Shown piece after piece: positions 1 through 10,672 of a stretch of 64,000 nt of DNA. Source of the DNA: Gammaproteobacteria bacterium (lineage in GTDB: Bacteria > Pseudomonadota > Gammaproteobacteria > Eutrophobiales > Eutrophobiaceae); NCBI GenBank assembly GCA_021773245.1, contig JAJFKK010000126.1:6917-70916 (forward strand), read 5' to 3'. Below the pieces are notes generated by a model. It worked only from the letters and a program-made list of their open reading frames with translations. It had not been told where the DNA came from and searched no databases. Within the stretch, counting starts at the first letter, position 1. The number at the start of each line of letters is the position of its first letter. A program made the translations under genes and the position numbers.

Positions 1-2
1 TG

Positions 3-1997
3 CTTGAACTTGATGCAAGTAACCCGGATACGGAATCAATCAATAATATCTTTCGTGCTGCACACTCTATAAAAGGTGGCAGTGGTAGTTTCGGATTTAA
101 TGACATCACCAATTTCACCCATGTACTGGAGACCTTACTGGATGAAGTGCGTTCTGATAAACATAAACTTAATCAGGATGAAGTTAACTTACTATTGTCG
201 ACGGTGGATTGCCTGCGTGAAATGTTAACCGCAGCCCGTGATGGTACTGATATCGACCAAGCACAGGTTAAATCAATTCATGATGAACTTGAGCGTGCAT
301 TAGGTAACGATTCTGTAACTGAGGCAGAAGCAGAAGAAGATAATGTTGTTGACGATAATGACAGTGAGGCCATTGCCTCCGCATTAGAATGGCATGTCCA
401 TTTTGCACCGCATTTGCACCTGTTTCAGACTGGTAACGATCCTTTGCGTATGTTTCGTGAGTTGGAAGAATTGGGTACGCTCACATCCGCAGCCAACCTC
501 TCTAAATTACCTCCCTTCAATAAATATGATGCAGAAGAATGTTATTTGTCTTGGGATCTGGTGCTGGTCACCGAAGCGAATGAAGAACAAATCAAGGAAG
601 TCTTTGAATGGGTTGAAGATGATTGTGAGTTAAGTATAGAGCAAGCTAATCAACAAGAGGCGAGTAATGTTGTCAATGTTGTCGCAGATAAAGCAGCGCC
701 GATAAGTGAAGACGCTGATGCAAGCAAGGTTGAGCCAATAGTTGATAAAAAGAAAGCCGCTGACAAGAAAGCCGGGGCAAATAATGAATCAACGTCAATC
801 CGGGTCAATATTAGTAAGGTCGATGCGTTAATTAATATGGTTGGTGAATTAGTTATTACGCAATCCATGTTAAGTCAGTTTGGTGAAGAGTTTGATATTA
901 AAAATATTGAGAAACTTAATGAAGGACTAAAACAACTTGAACGCAATACGCGTGAACTGCAAGAAAATGTCATGCAGATTCGCATGCTTCCGATCAGTTT
1001 CTCGTTTAATCGTTTTCCACGTCTGGTACACGACTTGAGTAACAAACTCGGTAAAAAAATAGAATTGAAATTATCAGGTGAAGCAACAGAACTTGATAAG
1101 ACGGTGATGGAAAAGATAGGCGATCCGCTGGTACATCTGGTCAGGAATTCAATTGACCATGGTATCGAAATGCCTGACGAGCGACTGGCGGCAGGTAAGC
1201 CGGAAACCGGGACACTTAACCTTAACGCGTATCACGAAGGTGGCAATATAGTCATTGAGATTGTTGACGATGGTGCGGGTCTAAACAGAGACCGTATCTT
1301 TCAGAAGGCCGTCGATCGTGGATTGATTAAGGCCGACGAAGACTTATCTGACGACAAAGTGAATGAGTTAATTTTTAGTGCCGGATTTTCTACGGCAGAG
1401 CAGGTGAGCGATGTTTCGGGCCGTGGTGTCGGGATGGATGTCGTCAAACGAAATATTCATGATTTAGGCGGTGTAGTTGAGGTGAAATCGGAGGCCGGCA
1501 AAGGTTCAACGTTCACGATACGACTACCTTTGACGCTGGCCATACTTGATGGACAGTTGATAAGAGTAGGTACGCAAACCTACATTATTCCACTCATCTC
1601 TATTATTGAATCATTACAAACGAATATTGAAAATACAAAATCAATCACCGGTGACGTCGAGCTATATCGATTACGTGATGATTATATCCCGGTGGTTCGT
1701 CTGCATTCCATCTTTAACATTGCCTGTGATAGTGCAAAGTTGAACGATGGCTTACTCGTTGTCGCTGAGGCTGAAGGTCAAAAAATAGGTTTGTTTGTCG
1801 ATGATCTGCTTGCCCAACAACAAGTGGTTATCAAAAGTCTGGAAACAAATTATAAAAAAGTCGAAGGTATGTCAGGTGCGACGATATTAGGTGATGGCAC
1901 GGTTGCAATGATCCTGGATATCTCAAGCCTTATTCGACTTTACCGTGAACAAGCAGAATATAAAACATCGTCTGCCATGAATAATCAAGCAGCGTAG
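3..1997 (+). CDS. cheA: Chemotaxis histidine kinase CheA (5' end lies outside the window)
   Basis: Frame 3 is open from the window edge. It reads LELDASNPDTESINNIFRAAHSIKGGSGSFGF (HPt phospho-His motif). Later come the kinase boxes HLVRNSIDHGIE, DDGAGL and GRGVGMDVV, then a C-terminal CheW-like P5 domain. The ORF-track start at 147 is internal. Confidence 0.95.
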   Translation, partial: LELDASNPDTESINNIFRAAHSIKGGSGSFGFNDITNFTHVLETLLDEVRSDKHKLNQDEVNLLLSTVDCLREMLTAARDGTDIDQAQVKSIHDELERALGNDSVTEAEAEEDNVVDDNDSEAIASALEWHVHFAPHLHLFQTGNDPLRMFRELEELGTLTSAANLSKLPPFNKYDAEECYLSWDLVLVTEANEEQIKEVFEWVEDDCELSIEQANQQEASNVVNVVADKAAPISEDADASKVEPIVDKKKAADKKAGANNESTSIRVNISKVDALINMVGELVITQSMLSQFGEEFDIKNIEKLNEGLKQLERNTRELQENVMQIRMLPISFSFNRFPRLVHDLSNKLGKKIELKLSGEATELDKTVMEKIGDPLVHLVRNSIDHGIEMPDERLAAGKPETGTLNLNAYHEGGNIVIEIVDDGAGLNRDRIFQKAVDRGLIKADEDLSDDKVNELIFSAGFSTAEQVSDVSGRGVGMDVVKRNIHDLGGVVEVKSEAGKGSTFTIRLPLTLAILDGQLIRVGTQTYIIPLISIIESLQTNIENTKSITGDVELYRLRDDYIPVVRLHSIFNIACDSAKLNDGLLVVAEAEGQKIGLFVDDLLAQQQVVIKSLETNYKKVEGMSGATILGDGTVAMILDISSLIRLYREQAEYKTSSAMNNQAA

Positions 1998-2007
1998 GAG
2001 AAATTAG

Positions 2008-2523
2008 ATGAACCCTGAAGTTAGAGATGAAAGCGGCATTGGTTTGGATGTTGATGAAAATGTAAATCAGTTTCTTACCTTTATGTTAGCGGGTGAAGAA
2101 TATGGTGTTGATATATTACGAGTTCAGGAAATTAAAGGTTGGGAAAGCGCAACCGAAATTCCGAATACACCTGATTATATACAAGGTGTTATGAATCTAC
2201 GCGGCACGATTGTTCCTATTGTTGATCTGCGAAGTCGTTTTGAACTTGAACGCATTGACTACAGCAATACGACAGTTGTCATCGTACTTAAAATTAAAAC
2301 TGATGATAGTGAAAAAACTATTGGCTTTGTTGTTGACGCCGTATCTGACGTTTACAACGTGAGTGAAGAACAACTAAAACCTTCTCCGGATTTTGGTAGT
2401 GGCGTCAGCACCGAGTTTGTCAAAGGACTCGCTACTGTTGATGAAAAAATGCTGATATTGCTCGACATTGATCATTTGATTGATGCCGATATCGATATTA
2501 ACCAGAGTGCAATGACACATTAA
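2008..2523 (+). CDS. cheW: Coupling protein CheW
   Basis: 171-aa single CheW domain (FLTFMLAGEEYGVDILRVQEI, NLRGTIVPIVDLR). Starts 10 nt after the cheA stop. Confidence 0.9.
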   Translation: MNPEVRDESGIGLDVDENVNQFLTFMLAGEEYGVDILRVQEIKGWESATEIPNTPDYIQGVMNLRGTIVPIVDLRSRFELERIDYSNTTVVIVLKIKTDDSEKTIGFVVDAVSDVYNVSEEQLKPSPDFGSGVSTEFVKGLATVDEKMLILLDIDHLIDADIDINQSAMTH

Positions 2524-2565
2524 ACGGGCGTTAACGATTATTTAATCGTGCCAGAGGAAAATAAA

Positions 2566-5367
2566 ATGAGCGAACAACTAGACCAGCAACAAATTGAAAT
2601 ACTCGAAGAGACCTTTGCGAAACTTGCACCGCAAGGCGAGCAGTTAGTCGAGAAATTTTATGAGAAATTATTTTCTAGATACCCTCAGGTAAAGCCCTTA
2701 TTTGCCAATGTCGATCAGAAAGAGCAACAAAAGAAACTATTATCAGGACTGGTGCTGGTTATTAATAATATACGCAAACCAGAGGCCTTGGGTCCGGCTC
2801 TTACCAGCATGGGAAAGAGACATCAGCAATATGGTGTTGTCGCTGAACAATATCCATTAGTGGCCGACACCATGCTCGAGGTAATGGGTGAATTAGCAGG
2901 AGACTTGTGGACGGATGACGTCAAACGGGCCTGGACAAATGCATTAAACACGGTAGCAACAGCAATGTTGGATGCTTATGAAAATTCGGAGGACGGAACA
3001 ATGAGCGAAGAAATGAATGATGATGTAGAAGTATTAAAGCAAGAGTTAGACAAGCTGAAAAAACAGACTCAGGAACAATCAGGCAGGATTGATGCAATAG
3101 ATAAGGTGCAGGCAGTCATAGAATTTAATCTGGACGGCACTATTATTACTGCCAATGATAATTTTCTTAACACGGTTGATTATACGCTGGAAGAAATTCA
3201 GGGCAAACATCACAGTATGTTTGTTGAAGCGGCTTACAAAGAGAGTACCGAATACAAACAGTTTTGGGAAAAATTGAATCGCGGCGAATTCGATAACGGT
3301 GAGTATAAACGTATTGGTAAGAATGGTAAGGAAGTCTGGATCAATGCTTCATACAATCCTGTTTTTGATGAAGAAGGTAAAGTTTATAAAGTCATCAAGT
3401 TTGCAACGGATGTAACCGAAACGAAACTAGAGCATGCCGATTTTGTTGGTAAGTTAGATGCAGTTAGTAAAACGCAGGCTGTTATCGAGTTTAATCTGGA
3501 CGGAACCATAATTACGGCTAATGATAATTTTACAAATACCGTTGGTTATGAACTGGATGAAATAATAGGCAAACACCATAGTATGTTTGTCGAGCCAACT
3601 TATGCAATTAGTTCAGAATATAAAGAATTTTGGGAAAAATTAAACAACGGAGAATCTCAGACAGGCCAATTTAAACGGATCAATAAAGCCGGCGAAGAGG
3701 TCTGGATAAATGCCAGTTACAACCCTGTGTTTGATATGAATGGCGTTCCTTTTAAAGTTGTTAAATATGCAACTGATGGTACCGAGTTACGTGAACAACA
3801 ATTATCCTCAGCTCGATTACAATCGGCAGTGGATGGTGCCGCCACTAACTTAATGATCTGTGATGCAGAATTGAATATCACCTATGCCAACCCGGCGGTA
3901 GTTGAAATGCTGCGCAATCGCCAGACCGAGTTGCGCGCTATATGGCCGACACTCGATGTTGATAATCTGATGGGTCAGAATATTGATCAATTCCATAAGA
4001 ACCCGACACATCAACGCCGTTTACTAGGCGATGTTAATAGTTTGCCTGCGAATGCTGAGATCAGGATGGGTGAACTGGATTTCAATGTTAATGCGACAGC
4101 TATCCTTGATGACAAAGGCGTTTACATGGGCAATATGGTTGAGTGGCGTGATGTTACCGAGCAAAAAGATGCAGAACGTCAGATCGAAGGCCTGATAGAG
4201 GCAGCAGTCAATGGCGAACTGGATAACCGACTTGAAGCGGATGGTTATAAGGGTTTTATGTTCAACCTTGCAAATTCAATTAATCGCATGATGGATGCGG
4301 TTGTTATGCCGATAAAAGAATCAACGCGTGTTATTGAGCGATTGGCAGAAGGTGATTTATCGCAAACGATGGAAGGTGAATTCAATGGACAGTTTGCAGT
4401 TTTGAGAGATGCGGTCAATACCTCAATCACAAACCTGTTGAATATGGTTACAGAAATTCGCACTAGTGGCGATTCAATAAATACCTCAGCGAATGAGATT
4501 GCACAAGGCAACTTGAACCTCAGTCAACGTACTGAAGAACAGGCTTCCTCGCTTGAAGAAACGGCATCCAGTATTGAAGAATTAACCGGTACCGTTAAAC
4601 AAAATGCAGATAACGCCCAACAGGCGAATCAACTGGCAACAGGTGCACGTTCTGAAGCAGAAAAAGGTGGCGCCGTAGTCGGTAGTGCGGTTGAAGCGAT
4701 GAGTGAAATCAATCAATCCAGCAAAAAGATAGCCGACATCATTGGTGTCATCGACGAGATTGCTTTCCAAACAAACTTGTTGGCCTTAAACGCGGCGGTC
4801 GAAGCGGCCCGTGCCGGTGAACAAGGACGTGGTTTTGCGGTTGTTGCTGCAGAAGTGCGCAACCTTGCACAGCGCAGTGCGGGTGCGGCGAAAGAAATCA
4901 AGACCTTAATCAATGACAGTGTGCAAAAGGTAGATGAGGGTTCACGGCTTGTCGATGAATCCGGTAGCACGCTTAATGAGATAGTTAATTCGGTGAAGAA
5001 GGTCAGCGATATTATTGCCGAGATAGCGGCAGCCAGTTCAGAACAATCCGCAGGTATCGAACAGATTAATAAAGCCGTCGCGCAGATGGATGAAATGACG
5101 CAACAAAATGCATCGTTGGTTGAAGAAGCGGCCTCTGCGAGTGAATCAATGGATGAACAAGCCAAAGGGTTAACCGAGTTAATGGAATTCTTTGATACCG
5201 GTGATGAATCTTCCAGCAAGAAAGCGAATGTTGCAGGAGAACGTCGCAGCAATGAACGCCCTTGGAAAAAAGAAGAGCAGCTTGAAAAGCCGGCGATGGA
5301 AAAAAAGGTAGACAGGAAAGCGGCTAGTAGTGCCGGTGGTAGCGATAGTGAATGGGAAGAGTTCTAG
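2566..5367 (+). CDS. Soluble methyl-accepting chemotaxis protein: globin - PAS x3 - HAMP - MCP signalling domain
   Basis: No hydrophobic TM segment. N-terminal globin pattern: [42 protein letters not shown]. Two near-identical PAS domains ([18 protein letters not shown]...HHSMFVE) plus a third. MCP hairpin [40 protein letters not shown] at 2566 follows AGAGGA at 2553-2558; a GTG at 2548 is the alternative start. Confidence 0.9.
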   Translation: MSEQLDQQQIEILEETFAKLAPQGEQLVEKFYEKLFSRYPQVKPLFANVDQKEQQKKLLSGLVLVINNIRKPEALGPALTSMGKRHQQYGVVAEQYPLVADTMLEVMGELAGDLWTDDVKRAWTNALNTVATAMLDAYENSEDGTMSEEMNDDVEVLKQELDKLKKQTQEQSGRIDAIDKVQAVIEFNLDGTIITANDNFLNTVDYTLEEIQGKHHSMFVEAAYKESTEYKQFWEKLNRGEFDNGEYKRIGKNGKEVWINASYNPVFDEEGKVYKVIKFATDVTETKLEHADFVGKLDAVSKTQAVIEFNLDGTIITANDNFTNTVGYELDEIIGKHHSMFVEPTYAISSEYKEFWEKLNNGESQTGQFKRINKAGEEVWINASYNPVFDMNGVPFKVVKYATDGTELREQQLSSARLQSAVDGAATNLMICDAELNITYANPAVVEMLRNRQTELRAIWPTLDVDNLMGQNIDQFHKNPTHQRRLLGDVNSLPANAEIRMGELDFNVNATAILDDKGVYMGNMVEWRDVTEQKDAERQIEGLIEAAVNGELDNRLEADGYKGFMFNLANSINRMMDAVVMPIKESTRVIERLAEGDLSQTMEGEFNGQFAVLRDAVNTSITNLLNMVTEIRTSGDSINTSANEIAQGNLNLSQRTEEQASSLEETASSIEELTGTVKQNADNAQQANQLATGARSEAEKGGAVVGSAVEAMSEINQSSKKIADIIGVIDEIAFQTNLLALNAAVEAARAGEQGRGFAVVAAEVRNLAQRSAGAAKEIKTLINDSVQKVDEGSRLVDESGSTLNEIVNSVKKVSDIIAEIAAASSEQSAGIEQINKAVAQMDEMTQQNASLVEEAASASESMDEQAKGLTELMEFFDTGDESSSKKANVAGERRSNERPWKKEEQLEKPAMEKKVDRKAASSAGGSDSEWEEF
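3091..3816 (+). repeat. Intragenic tandem duplication (~363-bp period) encoding PAS1 and PAS2 of the soluble MCP
   Basis: [47 protein letters not shown]... is repeated as [47 protein letters not shown]..., about 70 % identical by eye. Confidence 0.8.
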
Positions 5368-5422
5368 GGTATTACGGACACTCAAATCGCAAACTAATCA
5401 CTAATCAAGGAGAGAACAATAG

Positions 5423-6175
5423 ATGCGCACCATAGCCATCATTAATCAGAAAGGCGGTGTTGGTAAAACGACAACCACAGCTAATCTTGCTCATGCGTTA
5501 GTTTTGAATCAACACAAGGTGACAGTAATTGACCTCGACCCACAAGGACACTTATCTACCAGCCTGGGTATCGACTACCTACAACAACCCGGACTTGATT
5601 CAGTCTTGTTGCACGAGACGCCTATTGAGGATTGCATAAAACAGGTTAGGCCGGGTTTGTCACTTGTGCCTTCAGGATCTCAATTAGGTGATCTTGAAAA
5701 TATGGCAATGCGGGGTGTTAAACGTGGTACACGATTACGTGATGCAATGGCCGATAAGTTTCAGGATCAGGACTATGTCTTGATTGATTGTCCACCTGCA
5801 TCGGGCTTATTAGTTGTTAATGCATTATTTTCTACCCATGAAGCATTAATCCCGATTGCCGGTGATTACCTGTCATTACAAGGCTTGTCTTATCTAATAG
5901 GTACCTTTAAGAACTTTGAAAAACTAGGTCATAAAATTAATGAACTATTCGTTATGACTCGCTATAACACGCGACGACGTCTACCTCAGCAGGTAATGGA
6001 AACCGTAAAGCAATATTTCCCCAAGCGTGTACTCGCTACGCGAATACGTGAAGCTGCAGCATTAGCTGAATGCCCTGGTTTTGGCAAAACGATCTTTGAA
6101 TACAGAAAGAAAAGCAATGGTGCATATGACTATCAGTCTTTAGCGCTGGATTTGGCTAACGGCAGAATGATGTGA
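5423..6175 (+). CDS. ParA/MinD-family ATPase (chemotaxis-cluster-associated, PpfA/ParC-like)
   Basis: Deviant Walker A in IINQKGGVGKTTTTANLA. 250 aa. AAGGAG RBS at 5408-5413. Embedded between the MCP and cheR. Confidence 0.8.
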   Translation: MRTIAIINQKGGVGKTTTTANLAHALVLNQHKVTVIDLDPQGHLSTSLGIDYLQQPGLDSVLLHETPIEDCIKQVRPGLSLVPSGSQLGDLENMAMRGVKRGTRLRDAMADKFQDQDYVLIDCPPASGLLVVNALFSTHEALIPIAGDYLSLQGLSYLIGTFKNFEKLGHKINELFVMTRYNTRRRLPQQVMETVKQYFPKRVLATRIREAAALAECPGFGKTIFEYRKKSNGAYDYQSLALDLANGRMM

Positions 6176-6184
6176 GAAATAATT

Positions 6185-6613
6185 ATGAACGATAATGACA
6201 ACGACAAACAAAGTTTAATCGGTGTTGACCCTCTTGCCTGGTTAAGTGACGAAGAAAAACAATCCGTGCTTAATGAAAACACAGCACCCGAAACCGAAAC
6301 ATCGGCTGACGCGCAAGCCCAGACCGGTTCGACTTACACCGTTACGCTGAATAGTGCTTTAACGATACGTGATGTTTCTGAGCTTATGGCTGAATTAACT
6401 CAGATAGATGATGACTGTAATGAAATTATATTTGAATCAGCAGAATTGGAACGGGTTGATACTGCCGCATTGCAACTATTGTTAGGTTTTTATTTGTCGG
6501 CGACACATGCGGCTAAAAAAGTTATCTGGCATAAGCCCAGCGAGGCATTATGTCATGCTGTTGAAGTCTTAGGCTTAAAGGATGTGTTCGGTATTAAATC
6601 GGCAGCGGTTTAA
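6185..6613 (+). CDS. STAS-domain protein (anti-sigma-antagonist fold)
   Basis: The C-terminal ~95 aa fit the STAS pattern (LTIRDVSELMAEL...ERVDTAALQLLLGF...EVLGLKDVFG). Acidic N-terminal extension. The canonical DSSG phospho-Ser is replaced by DTAA. Confidence 0.6.
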   Translation: MNDNDNDKQSLIGVDPLAWLSDEEKQSVLNENTAPETETSADAQAQTGSTYTVTLNSALTIRDVSELMAELTQIDDDCNEIIFESAELERVDTAALQLLLGFYLSATHAAKKVIWHKPSEALCHAVEVLGLKDVFGIKSAAV

Positions 6614-6663
6614 TAAAGCACATGACAAACAATTATATTTATAACTTTTATGAGAGATGAATA

Positions 6664-7503
6664 GTGACTAGTCACCGTGAATTTGATTTTACCGACAAGC
6701 ATTTCAACTGGTTGAAAAATGCCGTCATGGAAAAGACAGGTATCGCATTAACAGATCAAAAAAAGGATCTTGTTTATGGTCGTCTGGCAAGACGATTAAG
6801 AAAGCTGGATATTAATAATTTTGATCAATATTGCACATTACTAAAAAAAGACAGTGGCGATGAACTGGTTGAGTTTGTTAACTCTATTACCACTAATCTC
6901 ACCAGTTTTTTTCGAGAGAACCATCATTTTGAATATTTGGGTAATACAGTATTAAAATATTTATTAAATGCACGCAAACAGGATAAACGGATAAGGATAT
7001 GGTCTGCCGGTTGTTCTACTGGCGAAGAACCCTATTCGATTGCGATGACGTTACGGGAATCAATACCGAATATTGATGATTGGGACATCAAAATACTCGC
7101 TACTGATATTGATACTAATGTTTTGAGTAAGGCAAGCGAAGGCATTTATGAGAATCAACGCATTGAAGGTATCGATAAGACGAGAATCAAGAAATGGTTT
7201 CTTAAGTCTGGCGATTACGAGCAGACGGGATTAGTTAAGGTCAGTCCTGACCTCAGAGAATTAATTACTTTTAAGCAATTAAACTTGATGAATGAATGGC
7301 CGATGAAAGGTCAGTTTGATGTTTTATTTTGTCGCAATGTGGTTATTTATTTTAATAAAGACACGCAACGGGTGTTGTTTGAACGCTATGCAAACATTAT
7401 GAAGAATGATGCCTATATGTTTCTGGGTCATTCTGAGAGCCTCTATAAGGTTACCGATAGATTTAATCTTATTGGTAAAACGATACATCAAAAGGCTGCT
7501 TAA
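6664..7503 (+). CDS. cheR: Chemotaxis protein methyltransferase CheR
   Basis: SAM motif RIWSAGCSTGEEPYSIAM and FDVLFCRNVVIYF. GTG start as in the ORF track. Confidence 0.9.
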   Translation: MTSHREFDFTDKHFNWLKNAVMEKTGIALTDQKKDLVYGRLARRLRKLDINNFDQYCTLLKKDSGDELVEFVNSITTNLTSFFRENHHFEYLGNTVLKYLLNARKQDKRIRIWSAGCSTGEEPYSIAMTLRESIPNIDDWDIKILATDIDTNVLSKASEGIYENQRIEGIDKTRIKKWFLKSGDYEQTGLVKVSPDLRELITFKQLNLMNEWPMKGQFDVLFCRNVVIYFNKDTQRVLFERYANIMKNDAYMFLGHSESLYKVTDRFNLIGKTIHQKAA

Positions 7504-7531
7504 AAACAAGGCATGAGGAAATTATTAAATC

Positions 7532-8161
7532 ATGAAGCCGGAACAGAATCGTATATTACCTGGATTTGATCATGTTAATCGATTCTGGAACAGACAGCTT
7601 GATATGGAGATGGTTAAAATTTTGCCAGGAGAATATTACGTAACATTTTCTGATGAGGTTATTTCTACCGTATTAGGTTCCTGTATATCGGTTTGTATCT
7701 GTGACAAAAAACTGGGAATTGGTGGTATGAATCATTTTATGTTGCCGGAGAACAAAAATGGTAGTGGTGATGAATGGCAAGATAAGCAGATAGGCCGGGC
7801 GACTCGTTACGGTGTAGATGCAATGGAACATTTAGTGAACGATATTTTGAAAAATGGTGGCCGGAAAAATCATTTTGAGATCAAGATATGTGGTGGTGGC
7901 CGAATGATGGAAAAGATGAGTGATGTAGGTAAGGGGAATATTGAATTTATTCAAAATTATTTACGAAATGAGGGCTACAAAATAACGAGTGAAGATGTTG
8001 GTAATGTTTATCCAAGGAAAGTACGTTATTTTCCAAAGACAGGGCAACTTCAAGTGAAAAAACTGCAGTCATTACACAATGATACGATTTATAAACGCGA
8101 GAATGATTACCAGAATAATCTAAAAACTTCTGATTTGGCAGGCGAAGTCGAATTATTTTAA
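7532..8161 (+). CDS. cheD: Chemoreceptor glutamine deamidase CheD
   Basis: The VLGSCISVCICD active-site Cys region and MNHFMLP motif are typical of CheD. Position between cheR and cheB. Confidence 0.85.
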   Translation: MKPEQNRILPGFDHVNRFWNRQLDMEMVKILPGEYYVTFSDEVISTVLGSCISVCICDKKLGIGGMNHFMLPENKNGSGDEWQDKQIGRATRYGVDAMEHLVNDILKNGGRKNHFEIKICGGGRMMEKMSDVGKGNIEFIQNYLRNEGYKITSEDVGNVYPRKVRYFPKTGQLQVKKLQSLHNDTIYKRENDYQNNLKTSDLAGEVELF

Positions 8162-8190
8162 AACATGGAAGATCTATTGAGACAAAAAAT

Positions 8191-9294
8191 ATGACTAATA
8201 AAATTAAAGTACTCATTATTGATGATTCAGCATTGGTTAGAAAAATGCTGGTGGAGATACTCAGTTCGGATAAAGAGATAGAGGTGGTTGGTACGGCAGC
8301 AGATCCTTTGATTGCAAGAGAAAAGATTAAGCAATTAAACCCCGATGTGTTAACCCTTGATGTTGAGATGCCACGCATGGATGGGATAAGTTTTTTGAGT
8401 AATTTAATGCGTCTGCGACCGATGCCAGTAATCATGGTATCTACATTAACTGAAGAAGGCGCTGAAATTACGCTTGATGCACTTGAGTTAGGAGCGATAG
8501 ATTTTATTACTAAACCGAAAATAGATTTTAGCAATACGATACAGGAATATGCTATAGAGCTAATTGAAAAAATAAAAGTAGCTTCAAAAGCTAAAGTTAT
8601 GGCGTCATCTGATAAAAGACAAACATCAAGCAATGTCAAAATGATGGGGGTTGAGAAAAAGAATACAGCAGATGCAATATTGCAGCTTAATAATGGCAAA
8701 CGAAATTATAAGTTAACCGATACTATTATTGCTATCGGTGCGTCAACGGGTGGTACAGAAGCAATCAAGGATGTACTGATCCAAATGCCCCCAAATTCTC
8801 CTGGCATAGTCGTTACCCAGCATATACCGGAAAATTTTAGTGCAAGTTTTGCCCAGCGTATGGACAAACTCTCACCGATGAAAGTTTATGAAGCGACAGA
8901 GGGACAACAGGTATTACCGGGACATGTTTATATTGCGCCAGGTAATCGACATTTACTGATAGAAAGAAGTGGTGCGCGTTATATATGTCGTTTAAATGAT
9001 GGGCTTGCCGTTAACCGGCACAAACCTTCGGTGAATGTTTTATTTCGCTCTGTTGCTAATCAGGTCGGTCAAAATGCTATTGGCGTTATCTTAACAGGCA
9101 TGGGCGATGATGGTGCTGAAGGTCTACTGGAAATGAAACAAGCGGGAGCATTAACCATAGCACAAGATGAACAAAGTAGTGTGGTTTGGGGTATGCCCGG
9201 TGAAGCGGTAAAGCGTAATGCAGCTGATGATATTTTACCGCTAAGTAAAATTGCTTCCAGGGTGATTTCATTGAGTGCAGAAAAAGCAGCCTGA
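8191..9294 (+). CDS. cheB: Protein-glutamate methylesterase/response regulator CheB
   Basis: Receiver domain (KVLIIDDSALVRKML, DVLTLDVEMPRMDG) plus esterase domain (AIGASTGGTEAI, GMGDDGA). Confidence 0.95.
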   Translation: MTNKIKVLIIDDSALVRKMLVEILSSDKEIEVVGTAADPLIAREKIKQLNPDVLTLDVEMPRMDGISFLSNLMRLRPMPVIMVSTLTEEGAEITLDALELGAIDFITKPKIDFSNTIQEYAIELIEKIKVASKAKVMASSDKRQTSSNVKMMGVEKKNTADAILQLNNGKRNYKLTDTIIAIGASTGGTEAIKDVLIQMPPNSPGIVVTQHIPENFSASFAQRMDKLSPMKVYEATEGQQVLPGHVYIAPGNRHLLIERSGARYICRLNDGLAVNRHKPSVNVLFRSVANQVGQNAIGVILTGMGDDGAEGLLEMKQAGALTIAQDEQSSVVWGMPGEAVKRNAADDILPLSKIASRVISLSAEKAA

Positions 9295-9368
9295 ACCTAA
9301 AGTTTAAACAATGTTATGCCGATTAAATACATAAGTAATGTTTATATTAATGGCGCGGAGAATTTTTT

Positions 9369-10616
9369 ATGAGTCTCAAGTTTTTTAAAAAATATTTAAT
9401 ACCCATAATAATCAGTACGGGTAGCTTGTTATATTTTTCGGTGCAAGGGCATGTCGCTCATGTTCTCCTAATATCACTCGTTTTTCTGTCATGGCTTATC
9501 AGCGTACAAAGGCATGAAAAAATATTACAAACAAAAAATAATAGTAACAATATATCGACTGATAAAAACACAGGGAATGATGAAAAACTAAATTCAATTC
9601 ATAAGATAACTAAACTAGCCAATGATACTATTGATGAATCAATGAACTCGATAAAAACGGAGCTAGGTCAGGTTAGAGATTTAATTGCAAGTTCAGTTAT
9701 GAGTTTGAACGAAAGTTTTTATGGTCTTAATAGTGATGTGTCTTCACAAGGAGAATTAATTGGTAAATTGGCTGGACGTTTAGAAAAAGGAAAAAATGGA
9801 CACGAAGAAACAGATGAAGCTGATGATCTTGATGCAATGAGTATTACTGAGTTTAATGTGAAAACATCATGTATCTTAAAGACATTTGCTGATGCGATGG
9901 TCAATAATAGTAATCGCAGTATGGAAGTCGTTACCTCAATAGAAGATTTATCCAGTGAAATGGAATCGATCTTTAAGTTTTTAAACGAAGTTAAACAGAT
10001 TGCAGATCAAACTAACTTGTTAGCGTTAAATGCAGCAATTGAAGCAGCGCGAGCGGGTGAAGCAGGGCGTGGCTTTGCAGTGGTTGCAGATGAAGTGAGA
10101 AACCTTTCGTTGACGTCAAATAAACTAAATGACGAGATCAAACATTGTGTTACCTCGGCACAAGGTAAATTAAGTAAAACCAGTGAAATGGTTGCGGCAA
10201 TGGCAAATGAAGACGATAACCAAATGTCAGTTAACACACAACGTGTTGATGATATGATGGGCTCACTTTCAAATCTTGAGCAATATATTGATAGTTCAGT
10301 GAATGAAGCAGCAAGTATTAACAGGGAAATATCTGATAAAACGGCTGTTGCGATTCGAAATTTACAATTTGAAGATATTGTCAGGCAAGTCGCAATGCAT
10401 GCAGATGAGAAGATTGATATCTTGTCCTCGTTTGTACAAGGTTTTACATCTGATCTTTGTGAAATAGAAGAGTGTCAGGATCAGGGCAAGGTTGTTTCAA
10501 TGATAAGCAATACACAAGCGAGACTTGATAAAATTAAAGATGAACTTGTCAGTTTACCCGATAAGAAACCGGCAACTCAAAGTACAATGGCAGAAGGTGA
10601 AGTTGACCTATTTTAA
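9369..10616 (+). CDS. Membrane-anchored methyl-accepting chemotaxis protein without a periplasmic sensor domain
   Basis: Two adjacent N-terminal TM segments joined by a few residues, then the MCP hairpin [36 protein letters not shown]. Confidence 0.85.
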   Translation: MSLKFFKKYLIPIIISTGSLLYFSVQGHVAHVLLISLVFLSWLISVQRHEKILQTKNNSNNISTDKNTGNDEKLNSIHKITKLANDTIDESMNSIKTELGQVRDLIASSVMSLNESFYGLNSDVSSQGELIGKLAGRLEKGKNGHEETDEADDLDAMSITEFNVKTSCILKTFADAMVNNSNRSMEVVTSIEDLSSEMESIFKFLNEVKQIADQTNLLALNAAIEAARAGEAGRGFAVVADEVRNLSLTSNKLNDEIKHCVTSAQGKLSKTSEMVAAMANEDDNQMSVNTQRVDDMMGSLSNLEQYIDSSVNEAASINREISDKTAVAIRNLQFEDIVRQVAMHADEKIDILSSFVQGFTSDLCEIEECQDQGKVVSMISNTQARLDKIKDELVSLPDKKPATQSTMAEGEVDLF

Positions 10617-10672
10617 TTATGCCTTATAGATCAACACAATTTAACAGACTGTAATATAAAAGAGGTAGGGCG

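Noticed and set aside
4713-5252. 179-aa minus-strand ORF inside the MCP signalling domain (also 4245-4511, 4582-4770 and 5179-5385)
   Set aside because: It is the mirror image of the Ala/Ser/Glu-rich MCP coiled coil. The sense strand carries the canonical MCP hairpin motif.
7947-8699. 250-aa minus-strand ORF spanning the cheD-cheB junction
   Set aside because: It lies antisense to two genes with unmistakable CheD and CheB motifs. The translation is Ser/Ile/Leu-rich and low in complexity, with no recognisable domain or RBS. This is typical of a chance antisense ORF in AT-rich DNA.
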